This document shows positions 48,474 to 56,594 of a stretch of 64,000 nucleotides of DNA, in pieces. The position numbers and the translations under genes are program-made. The stretch covers positions 139,501 to 203,500 of the forward strand of contig CAVYUU010000010.1 in assembly GCA_963771745.1 (NCBI GenBank), given 5' to 3'. The notes under the pieces were generated by a model, which searched no databases, was not told the origin of the DNA, and worked only from the letters and a program-made list of their open reading frames with translations. Position 1 is the stretch's first letter; every line of letters begins with the position of its first letter. This DNA comes from an uncultured Alphaproteobacteria bacterium (GTDB lineage: Bacteria; Pseudomonadota; Alphaproteobacteria; Rhizobiales; Xanthobacteraceae).

Positions 48474-49319
48474 ATGTCGACCGCGGCCCAAACCGAACCG
48501 CGCGCCAGCAACGCACCCGACACCATCCTTTCGGTGCACAACATCGAGGTGGTCTACGATCACGTCATCCTGGTTCTGAAAGGCGTGTCGCTCGAAGTGC
48601 CGCGCGGCGGCATCGTCGCGCTGCTCGGCGCCAACGGCGCCGGCAAGACCACGACGCTGAAGGCGATCTCCAACCTGCTGCACGCCGAGCGCGGCGACGT
48701 CACCAAGGGCTCGATCGAATTCGACGGCAACGAGGTGCAGGACCTCTCGCCGAATGAGCTGGTCCGCCGCGGCTGCATCCAGGTGATGGAGGGCCGTCAG
48801 TGCTTCGCGCATCTGACGGTCGAGGAGAACCTGCTGACCGGCGCGTTCACCCGCCGCGACGGCAAGGCGGCGATCCGGCGCGACATCGACCTGGTCTATG
48901 GATATTTCCCAAAGCTTGCCGAGCGCCGCAATGCCGTTGCCGGCTACACCTCCGGTGGCGAGCAGCAGATGTGCGCGCTCGGCCGCGCGCTGATGTCGCG
49001 GCCGAAGATGATCCTGCTCGACGAGCCGTCGATGGGGCTCGCGCCGCAACTGGTCGAGGAGATTTTCGACATTGTGAAAAATCTCAACGAGCAGGAAAAC
49101 GTCTCGTTCCTGCTCGCCGAGCAGAACACCAACATGGCGCTGAAATACGCGCGCTACGGCTACATCCTGGAGAACGGCCGCGTCGTGATGGACGGCGAGG
49201 CCAAGGCGCTGCGCGAGAACCAGGACGTCAAGGAGTTCTACCTCGGCATTGCCGAGGGCAAGCGCAAGTCGTTCCGCGACGTCAAGCACTACAAGCGGCG
49301 CAAGCGCTGGCTGGCGTGA
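48474..49319 (+). CDS. HAAT ABC ATP-binding protein (LivF-like)
   Basis: GGAGG RBS; GANGAGKT, LTVEENL, SGGEQQM, LLDEPSMGLAP, LAEQN, YILENG. Confidence 0.94.
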   Translation: MSTAAQTEPRASNAPDTILSVHNIEVVYDHVILVLKGVSLEVPRGGIVALLGANGAGKTTTLKAISNLLHAERGDVTKGSIEFDGNEVQDLSPNELVRRGCIQVMEGRQCFAHLTVEENLLTGAFTRRDGKAAIRRDIDLVYGYFPKLAERRNAVAGYTSGGEQQMCALGRALMSRPKMILLDEPSMGLAPQLVEEIFDIVKNLNEQENVSFLLAEQNTNMALKYARYGYILENGRVVMDGEAKALRENQDVKEFYLGIAEGKRKSFRDVKHYKRRKRWLA

Positions 49320-49326
49320 TCTTCTT

Positions 49327-49432
49327 CCTCCCCTGAAAGGGGAGGGTCGGGGTGGCGGATCATTGCAAGTGCGACCTTGATTTGATCCCCACCCGGCAAG
49401 CTGCGCTTGCCGACCTCCCCTTTCAGGGGGGT
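49327..49432. repeat. REP-like composite, family C
   Basis: CCTCCCCTGAAAGGGGAGGGTCG...CGACCTCCCCTTTCAGGGGGG. Confidence 0.75.
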
Positions 49433-49453
49433 AAGCTGTGGCAACGGTCGAGC

Positions 49454-50680
49454 ATGAAAGACCACTACGACGCGCTCGAAACCCGCGACCCCGCCGCCCG
49501 CGAGGCCGATCTGTTCGCGCGGCTGCCCGCCGCGATCGCGCACGCGCTGACCGCGCCGGGCTGGATGAAGCAGCTGGCGGGCGTCGATCCGAAGCAGGTC
49601 ACCTCGCGCGCGGCGCTTGCGAAGCTGCCGCTGCTGCGCAAGTCCGATCTGGTCCAGCGCCAGCGCGACACCCCGCCGTTCGGCGGTTACAACACCATCG
49701 CGCCCGGCAACGCCAGGCGGCTGCACATGTCGCCCGGGCCGATCTTCGAGCCGTCCGGCCACGCCGGCACGGGCGCCGCGCGCGCGCTGTTTGCCGCAGG
49801 CTTCCGGCCGGGCGACATCGTGCACAACTCGTTCACCTATCATCTCAATCCGGGCGCCTTCATCCTGGAGGAGGGCGCCCATGCGCTCGGCTGCGCCACC
49901 ATTCCCGGCGGCGTCGGCAACACCGAGCAGCAGATCGAGGCGATCGCGCATCTCAAGCCCGCCGGCTACATCGGCACCCCGGACTTTATCAAGGTGCTGC
50001 TCGACGCCGCTGCCAAGGCCGGCAAGGACATCTCGTCGATCAAGCGCGGGCTGGTTTCAGGCGCGGCGCTGCCGGGCTCGCTGCGCCAGGAGCTCGCGAG
50101 CCGCGGCGTCGCGCTGTTGCAATGCTACGCCATCGCCGAGACCGGCGTGATCGCCTACGAGAGCGAGGCGCGGGAAGGCATGATCGTCGATGAATCGCTG
50201 GTCCTGGAGATCGTGCAGCCCGGCACCGGCGACCCGGTCGCCGACGGCGAGGTCGGCGAGGTGGTGGTGACCTCGTTCGATCCCGACTACCCGATGATCC
50301 GGCTTGCGACCGGCGACCTGTCCGCCGTCATGGCCGGCGTCTCGCCTTGCGGCCGCAGCAACACCCGGATCAAGGGCTGGATGGGCCGCGCCGACCAGAC
50401 CACCAAGGTGAAGGGCATGTTCGTGCGGCCGGAGCTGGTGATCGAGGTCGCCAAGCGTCATGCCGCGCTCGGCCGGGTGCGGCTTGCGGTCACGCGCAGC
50501 GGCGAGCAGGACGCCATGACGCTGCTCGCGGAATGCGCCGCGCCGCAACCCGGCCTCGCCGATGCGGTCGCCGCCACCTTGCAGTCGGTGACCAAGCTCA
50601 AGGGTGACGTGCAGCTGGTCGCGCCGGGCTCGCTGCCGAACGACGGCAAGGTGATCGCCGACGAGCGCAAGATCAATTGA
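49454..50680 (+). CDS. Phenylacetate-CoA ligase family (PaaK-like) protein, atypical P-loop
   Basis: MKDHYDALETRDP, LPLLRKSDL, DIVHNSFTYHL, YIGTPDF, SGAALP, YAIAETG, RLATGDLS, VKGMFV. Confidence 0.85.
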   Translation: MKDHYDALETRDPAAREADLFARLPAAIAHALTAPGWMKQLAGVDPKQVTSRAALAKLPLLRKSDLVQRQRDTPPFGGYNTIAPGNARRLHMSPGPIFEPSGHAGTGAARALFAAGFRPGDIVHNSFTYHLNPGAFILEEGAHALGCATIPGGVGNTEQQIEAIAHLKPAGYIGTPDFIKVLLDAAAKAGKDISSIKRGLVSGAALPGSLRQELASRGVALLQCYAIAETGVIAYESEAREGMIVDESLVLEIVQPGTGDPVADGEVGEVVVTSFDPDYPMIRLATGDLSAVMAGVSPCGRSNTRIKGWMGRADQTTKVKGMFVRPELVIEVAKRHAALGRVRLAVTRSGEQDAMTLLAECAAPQPGLADAVAATLQSVTKLKGDVQLVAPGSLPNDGKVIADERKIN

Positions 50681-50905
50681 CGATCGGCCGACGTTTTCAG
50701 GTTGCGAATTTTCGTCGCGCGCATGTTGATTGTCGAGCGCGACGCATCGCCACATCGCCGTGTCCGCGACTCGTGCACTACCGTGCGATTCCGGCGCGTC
50801 CGCGGCTGCTTGTTTTGATGGGGCGACAGGCAGCCAGTCGCGAGCCGGGCGTGTCGAAGCTGCGCACTGCCGTGCGCGGCAACGAACACAGCCGGGGCGC
50901 ACACT

Positions 50906-51205
50906 ATGGAAACCTTCATCAACGCCGCCGCCAAGTCACCGCTCGGGCTGGCGGCCGACGACCTGACCGTGGGCAAGCTCGTCACCCTGTCGCCGAACAA
51001 GACCACTGGCGACCGTTCGCTGGTCGATGCGATCTGGGAGATCATCGGCATCAACGAAGGCCACCTGCTGCTGGCCTGCCGCGGGTTCTGCGACCTGCTG
51101 ATCGACCCGGCGAAGCCGCGGCTCGCGCTCGTGCACGAGCATGAGTTCTATTGCGCCGCGAAGTTCGCCGCGATGGCCGACGCGCCGTCGTCCCGGCCGC
51201 AATAG
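50906..51205 (+). CDS. Small hypothetical protein (99 aa)
   Basis: Intact ORF with high-GC3 codons filling the gap before glcE; no family recognised; weak RBS. Confidence 0.6.
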   Translation: METFINAAAKSPLGLAADDLTVGKLVTLSPNKTTGDRSLVDAIWEIIGINEGHLLLACRGFCDLLIDPAKPRLALVHEHEFYCAAKFAAMADAPSSRPQ

Positions 51206-51298
51206 CTCGCGCAATCTGTCTTGTGGCGTCTTGCCCGCGCGGGCGGCATTGCCCACGCCGGGCTTGTTCCGAGCGCGCCGGCCTTTACCCTGCGACGG

Positions 51299-52516
51299 AT
51301 GACCGACGCGTTACAGGTCCGGGACGGCAAGGACGTCGAGGAGGCGGTGCGCTGGGCCTTGTTGGAGGGCAAGGCCCTGGAGGTGAGGGGCCGCGGCTCC
51401 AAGCGCGCGCTCGGCCGGCCGAGCCAGTCCGATCTGACGCTCGATCTCTCCGGCCTCACCGGCGTGACGCTGTACGAGCCGGAGGAACTGGTGCTGTCGG
51501 CGCAGGCCGGCACGCCGTTGGCCGAGATCGAGGCCCTGGTGGAAAGCAAGGGCCAGCAGCTTGCGTTCGAGCCGATGGATTACGGTGCCGTGCTCGGCGG
51601 GCCGGTCGGCGCCGGCACGCTCGGCGGCACGCTCGCCGCCAACCTGTCCGGGCCGCGCCGCATCAAGGCCGGCGCCGCGCGCGATCACTTCCTGGGCGTG
51701 ACGGCGGTGTCGGGCCGCGCCGAGACCTTCAAGTCCGGCGGCCGCGTGGTCAAAAATGTCACCGGCTACGATCTTTGCAAGCTGCTGGCGGGCTCGTTCG
51801 GCACGCTGGCGGCGATGACCGAGGTGACAATCAAGACCTTGCCGCGACCCGAGACCGAAGCGACCGTGATGGTGCTCGGCCTCGACGATGCGGCGGCGAT
51901 CCGCGCCATGAGCGAGGCGCTGGCGTCATCGTGCGACGTGTCGGCCGCGGCCCACGTACCGGCCGCGTTGGTGATGTATTTCGATGGGCTGCATGTGATG
52001 CACGGCGTGACTGGGTTTCGGCTGGAGGGCGTCGCGCCCTCGGTCGCGCATCGCAAGGCGGCGCTCGCGGCCGCGCTCAAGCCGTTCGGGTCGGTCGAGC
52101 AGCTCAACGAGCCCCATTCGCGGATGTTCTGGCGCAGCGTGCGCGACGTGCGGCCGTTCACCGCCAGCGCGCCGACCGGCGATCAGCCGCTGTGGCGGGT
52201 TTCGGCGACGCCGGCGCGCGGCGCCGAGCTGACCGCAGCCCTCGGCCGCGGTGCGCAGTGGTTCTATGACTGGGGCGGCGGCCTGATTTGGATTGCGGCG
52301 CCGGCCTCGGACGACGGCCATGCCGCAGTAATCCGCCGCGCGGTCACGCAGACCGGCGGCCACGCCACGCTGATCCGCGCGCCGGCGGCGCTGCGCGCCG
52401 CGGTCGATGTGTTCCAGCCGCAGCCGGCCGCGCTCGCCGGCGTGACGCGGCGGGTCAAGGAGGGCTTTGACCCCAGGGGCGTGCTCAACCCGGGCCGCAT
52501 GTGGGCAGGGGTGTGA
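51299..52516 (+). CDS. glcE: Glycolate oxidase FAD-binding subunit
   Basis: YEPEELVLSAQAGTP, GGTLAANLSGPRR, GGRVVKNVTGYDLCKL, FDPRGVLNPGR. Confidence 0.93.
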   Translation: MTDALQVRDGKDVEEAVRWALLEGKALEVRGRGSKRALGRPSQSDLTLDLSGLTGVTLYEPEELVLSAQAGTPLAEIEALVESKGQQLAFEPMDYGAVLGGPVGAGTLGGTLAANLSGPRRIKAGAARDHFLGVTAVSGRAETFKSGGRVVKNVTGYDLCKLLAGSFGTLAAMTEVTIKTLPRPETEATVMVLGLDDAAAIRAMSEALASSCDVSAAAHVPAALVMYFDGLHVMHGVTGFRLEGVAPSVAHRKAALAAALKPFGSVEQLNEPHSRMFWRSVRDVRPFTASAPTGDQPLWRVSATPARGAELTAALGRGAQWFYDWGGGLIWIAAPASDDGHAAVIRRAVTQTGGHATLIRAPAALRAAVDVFQPQPAALAGVTRRVKEGFDPRGVLNPGRMWAGV

Positions 52517-53823
52517 TGCAAACCAACTTCACGCTCGCCCAGCTTGCCGATCCGGACATCGCGGTCGCCGACAAGATCCTGCGCGCTTGCGTGCACTGCG
52601 GCTTCTGCCAAGCGACCTGCCCCACCTACGTGCTGCTCGGCGACGAGCTCGATTCGCCGCGCGGGCGCATCTACCTGATCAAGGAAATGCTGGAGCACGA
52701 TCAGCCGGCGACCGAAGAGGTGGTGACGCATATCGATCGCTGCCTGTCGTGTCTCGCCTGCATGACCACCTGCCCGTCGGGCGTGCACTACATGCATCTG
52801 GTCGATCACGCCCGCGACCATATCGAACAGACCTACCGGCGGCCGCTGGTCGACCGCCTGATGCGCGCGTTCCTCGCCACTGTGATGCCGTACCCACGCC
52901 GCCTCCGTCTGGCATCGCTGGCGGCCTTGTGCGGGCGGCCGTTCGCGCCGCTGTTCGCGGCCATCGGATTGCAGCCGCTCGCTGCTGCGATCCGGCTGGC
53001 GCCGACGCGCGCCCCGGGCCCGTTCACCGAGCGCGGCGTCCATCCAGCCAGCGGACCGCGCCGGGCGCGGGTGGCGCTGCTGTCGGGCTGCGCCAACGAG
53101 GCGCTGGCGCCCTCGATCACGCAAGCCGACCATCCGTCTGCTCAACCGCCACGGCGTCGAGGTGGTGATCCCGCAAGGCGAGGGCTGCTGCGGCTCGCTG
53201 GTCCACCACATGGGCCGCGAGGCGGCGGCGCTCGCGCAGGCGCGCGCCAATGTCGACGCCTGGAGCGGCGAGCTCGAGGGGCAGGGGCTCGACGCCATCC
53301 TGATCACCATCTCGGGCTGCGGCACCACGGTGAAGGACTACGGCCACATGCTGCGCACCGATCCGGCCTATGCGGCGAAGGCCGCGAGGGTGTCGGCGCT
53401 GGCGCGCGACGTCGTCGGAGTATGCTGGCCGGGCTCTGGCGTCGCGCCGGCGAGCCAAGGGCGCGGGGCTCACCGTCGCGTTCCATTCGCCGTGCTCGTT
53501 GCAGCACGGCCAGCGCGTACACCGCGAAGCCGATGGAATTGCTCGCGACGTGCGGGTTTCTCGTCAAGGAGGTGCCGGAGGGGCACCTGTGCTGCGGCTC
53601 CGCCGGGACCTACAACATCCTGCAACCGGAGCTCGCCCGCAGGCTGCGCGACCGCAAGGTCGGCCAGATCGAGAAAACCAGGCCCGACGTCATTGCCGCC
53701 GGCAACATCGGCTGCATCGCGCAGATCGCCGCCGGCACCGCGATTCCGGTGGTGCATCCGGTCGAGCTGGTCGACTGGGCGACAGGCGGGCCGGTGCCGG
53801 AACGATTGAAGGACCGGGTTTAG
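52516..53823 (+). CDS. glcF: Glycolate oxidase iron-sulfur subunit, frameshifted
   Basis: MQTNF, CVHCGFCQATCP, CLSCLACMTTCP, CCG domains (EGCCGSL; HLCCGSAGTYN), GNIGC. Indels near 53125, 53420 and 53515. Confidence 0.93.
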   Translation: MQTNFTLAQLADPDIAVADKILRACVHCGFCQATCPTYVLLGDELDSPRGRIYLIKEMLEHDQPATEEVVTHIDRCLSCLACMTTCPSGVHYMHLVDHARDHIEQTYRRPLVDRLMRAFLATVMPYPRRLRLASLAALCGRPFAPLFAAIGLQPLAAAIRLAPTRAPGPFTERGVHPASGPRRARVALLSGCANEALAPSITQADHPSAQPPRRRGGDPARRGLLRLAGPPHGPRGGGARAGARQCRRLERRARGAGARRHPDHHLGLRHHGEGLRPHAAHRSGLCGEGREGVGAGARRRRSMLAGLWRRAGEPRARGSPSRSIRRARCSTASAYTAKPMELLATCGFLVKEVPEGHLCCGSAGTYNILQPELARRLRDRKVGQIEKTRPDVIAAGNIGCIAQIAAGTAIPVVHPVELVDWATGGPVPERLKDRV

Positions 53824-53871
53824 AGCATGATCCCGAAAAGTGGGAACCGGTTTTCGGAAAAGATCATGCTC
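53823..53871 (+). repeat. RIME/BRU-RS-like element, copy 6
   Basis: GAGCATGATCCCGAAAAGTGGGAACCGGTTTTCGGAAAAGATCATGCTC; overlaps the glcF TAG stop. Confidence 0.88.
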
Positions 53872-53893
53872 AAATAAGAAACAGGAGGACACC

Positions 53894-54175
53894 ATGGCGA
53901 AGCGACGGAAGGTCAAGGCCGGCAAGGCGAAAAAGCGCAAGGCCCGCAAGCCGGCGAAGCGCGCGCGCCGCAGCGCGCCGAAAAAAGCCGCCCGCACGTC
54001 AAAGGCCAAATCCAAGCCGGCAGCACGCAAGCCCACAGCGAGAGCGCCTTCGGCGCCGCGGCCGATGTCGCCGCAGGGACCCGCGGTGGTGCCGATCGCG
54101 CCGCGGCCGACGCCGTTCCCGTCATCGTCGCCGATGGGCGGCGCCTATGGCGGCAGCGGCGACAAGAACGATTAG
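53894..54175 (+). CDS. Small, very basic low-complexity protein (histone H1-like)
   Basis: AGGAGG RBS then ATG; 93 aa with 16 K, 12 R and only 2 D; AAG/GCG-rich codons typical of a real gene; Pro/Ser/Gly tail. Confidence 0.8.
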   Translation: MAKRRKVKAGKAKKRKARKPAKRARRSAPKKAARTSKAKSKPAARKPTARAPSAPRPMSPQGPAVVPIAPRPTPFPSSSPMGGAYGGSGDKND

Positions 54176-54183
54176 CGCCGTTC

Positions 54184-54260
54184 GTCCCCGGGAAAGCGGG
54201 GCCCAGGCCAGATACTCTGAGCAGGTCGCCCCTGGATTCCCGCTTTCCGCGGAAGCGGGG
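54184..54260. repeat. REP-like composite, family A-related
   Basis: GTCCCCGGGAAAGCGGGGCCCAG...CTGGATTCCCGCTTTCCGCGGAA between convergent genes. Confidence 0.65.
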
Positions 54261-54319
54261 TTCGTTGAACGGCCCGGGATTTCGGACCGTCAGTGCGAGT
54301 GGAAAATGCCGCTTGCCGA

Positions 54320-55252
54320 TTACTCCGCCGCGACCGTGTGAGCGCGCTGCTGCACCTCGAGGTTGACCAGCGCGAGCGGCGTTGCGGTCTCCTCCAGCAT
54401 GCCCCAGCTCTTCAGCCAGGCGTAGGTGCGCTGCATCTCGTCGAGCGGGATCGGCGCCGGGTCGACCACCACGATGCGGCTTTCGCGCAGGTCCTCCGGC
54501 TTGAGTGCCGCGATCTCGGGGTCTTTCGTCTTGTGATAGTCGATGAAGTAACGAAGATAGGCGCGCTTGTTGGCGTTGATCCGCCGCACCGCCTCGCGCA
54601 CCGCGCGGTTGAACGCGCCGTAGGTCTCGGCGTCGACGCGGTCGGAGGCCACCTCGGTGCCGTGATAGAACGCGCCGCAGACCAGCCGGCAGCCGCGCTT
54701 CTCCGCCAGGGTGATGTAGGGCTCGGTCAGCGTGGTGGCCTCGATCTCGCCGCGCATCATCGCGTCGAACCGCGGGCGCGAGCCGTTCGAGGTGCGGCAG
54801 AGCTTGATGTCCTCGCGCTTCATGAAGCCTTCCAGCAGATGCAGCGCGAGATAGTGGGTGCCGAAGTAGAACGGCACGCCGACGGTGCGGCCGGCGAGCT
54901 GCTGGCCGGTGAACACCGGCGAGTCCGGACGCACCACGATGGCGGCGTAGCTGACGATGCCGCGCCGGCCGACCTGGCGGCTGCCGACCTGAGTTTCCTG
55001 AACGCGGCAGTAGTTGCCCCATTCGCAGGCGTTGTACATGTCGGCCTTGCCCTGCTCGAGCATCTTGCCGTGGCTGGAGAACGGGTTGAGGCCCTTCGGG
55101 CTGTTGACGCTGACGTCGGTCGACTTGTCGGCGGCCTCGCGCTCGACCCATTCGATCTGCAGGCCCTCGCGCTCGAACAGCCCCTCGGCGTCGGCGACCA
55201 GTTCCGGCAGTCCCTGGAACGGCGCGGTGGTTTCCAGAACGAGCTTTTTCAT
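54320..55252 (-). CDS. NMT1/SsuA-fold protein without signal peptide
   Basis: GGAGG RBS; in-frame TAG 10 codons upstream; LVADAEGLFEREGL, QLAGRTVGVP, MMRGEIEATTLTEP are type-2 SBP-like segments. Confidence 0.8.
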   Translation of the reverse strand: MKKLVLETTAPFQGLPELVADAEGLFEREGLQIEWVEREAADKSTDVSVNSPKGLNPFSSHGKMLEQGKADMYNACEWGNYCRVQETQVGSRQVGRRGIVSYAAIVVRPDSPVFTGQQLAGRTVGVPFYFGTHYLALHLLEGFMKREDIKLCRTSNGSRPRFDAMMRGEIEATTLTEPYITLAEKRGCRLVCGAFYHGTEVASDRVDAETYGAFNRAVREAVRRINANKRAYLRYFIDYHKTKDPEIAALKPEDLRESRIVVVDPAPIPLDEMQRTYAWLKSWGMLEETATPLALVNLEVQQRAHTVAAE

Positions 55253-55277
55253 GGCGGGCCTCCGAATTCGTGATCGA

Positions 55278-55290
55278 TGCTAGATTAGCA
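55278..55290. promoter_or_regulatory. Palindromic candidate operator overlapping a -10-like element
   Basis: TGCTA-GAT-TAGCA; on the minus strand it contains GCTAAT about 30 nt upstream of the 55252 start. Confidence 0.4.
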
Positions 55291-55418
55291 CATCGTCATC
55301 GGCGGGTTCACCTGTCCCGCGTGCGGAGGAAGCGGCGAGCCCCTGCATTGCATCGTGCCAGTGGCCCGCATAGCATTGGCGGCACACACATAATCAAAAG
55401 CCAGAGGGAGCGAACAAT

Positions 55419-56489
55419 ATGGCCTACAACATCCTCTTGATGGGCGCGTCCTACGGGTCGCTGCTCGCCTCGAAGCTCCTGTTCGGCGGCCATTCCATCC
55501 ATCTCGTCTGCCTGCCGGCCGAGGCCGATCTGATCAACGCCGAGGGCTTCAAGGTGAAGCTGCCGGTGCGCGGCCGCAAAGACCCGGTGCTGCTGGAGTC
55601 GCGCAAGCTCCCCGGCAAGGTGACCGCGGGGCCGGCGGCCGGCGTCGAGCCGAAGCAATACGACCTCATCGGGCTGTGCATGCAGGAGCCGCAGTACCGC
55701 TCGCCCGGCGTGCGCGAATTGCTCGACGCGGTCGGCAAGTCGCGGGTGCCGTGCATGTCGATCATGAACATGCCGCCGCTGCCCTACGTCAAGCGTATCC
55801 CCGGCCTCGACTACGAGCCGCTGAAGGCGGCCTACACCGACCCGACGGTCTGGGATTCGGTCGATCCGAAGAAGATCACCCTCAACAGCCCCGACCCGCA
55901 GGCGATTCGCCCGCCCGACGGCAAGGCCAACGAGCTGCTGGTCACGCTGCCGACCAATTTCAAATGCGCCAAGTTCGAGGACGACAAGGATACGCAGATC
56001 ATCCGCAACCTCGAGAAGGACGTCGACGCCGCGCGCTTCGACACGCCGGAAGGCAAGATCGAGCTGCCGGTCAAGCTCAAGGCTTACGACTCGATCTGGG
56101 TGCCGCTCGCCAAGTGGGCGATGCTGCTCGCCGGCAACTATCGCTGCATCACCAAGGACGGCATGCGGACCGCGCAGGAGGCGGTGCACTCCGACCTCGC
56201 GACCTCGCGCTCGGTCTACAACTTCGTGTTCGACCTGTGCGTCAAGCTCGGCGCCAAGCCGGAGGATCTCGTGCCGTTCGAGAAATACGCCGCCGCGGCG
56301 CAATCGCTGGTGCGGCCGGCGTCGGCGGCGCGCGCCTTGCAGAACGGCGCGCCCAACATCGAGCGCGCCGACAAGCTGGTTCAGCTCATCGCCAAGCAGA
56401 AGGGCCTGAGCAACCCGGCGATCGACGCCCAGGTGGCGCTGGTCGACGAGCGGCTCGCCGCCAACCGTAAGAAGGCCGCGGCGGCGTAG
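55419..56489 (+). CDS. Ketopantoate-reductase-like NAD(P)-dependent oxidoreductase (hypothetical)
   Basis: N-terminal Rossmann-like ILLMGASYGSLLA; helical C-domain with LAKW...N and SAARAL...IER, roughly where PanE has its catalytic Lys and Glu. Confidence 0.65.
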   Translation: MAYNILLMGASYGSLLASKLLFGGHSIHLVCLPAEADLINAEGFKVKLPVRGRKDPVLLESRKLPGKVTAGPAAGVEPKQYDLIGLCMQEPQYRSPGVRELLDAVGKSRVPCMSIMNMPPLPYVKRIPGLDYEPLKAAYTDPTVWDSVDPKKITLNSPDPQAIRPPDGKANELLVTLPTNFKCAKFEDDKDTQIIRNLEKDVDAARFDTPEGKIELPVKLKAYDSIWVPLAKWAMLLAGNYRCITKDGMRTAQEAVHSDLATSRSVYNFVFDLCVKLGAKPEDLVPFEKYAAAAQSLVRPASAARALQNGAPNIERADKLVQLIAKQKGLSNPAIDAQVALVDERLAANRKKAAAA

Positions 56490-56594
56490 CGCCGCGGCGG
56501 CCTGTTCTCGGCGTCACGACAAACACCGCCGTCGTGCCCGTCCCGGCGATGACTCGTTGATTGGGTGAGCTTGCGGCAGACGGTGCCAAGCCCG

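Noticed and set aside
50730-50966. 78-aa minus-strand ORF and 155-aa ORF 50677-51144
   Set aside because: Arg/Ala-rich, no RBS, poor codon pattern, and they overlap the better-supported ORF 50906-51205.
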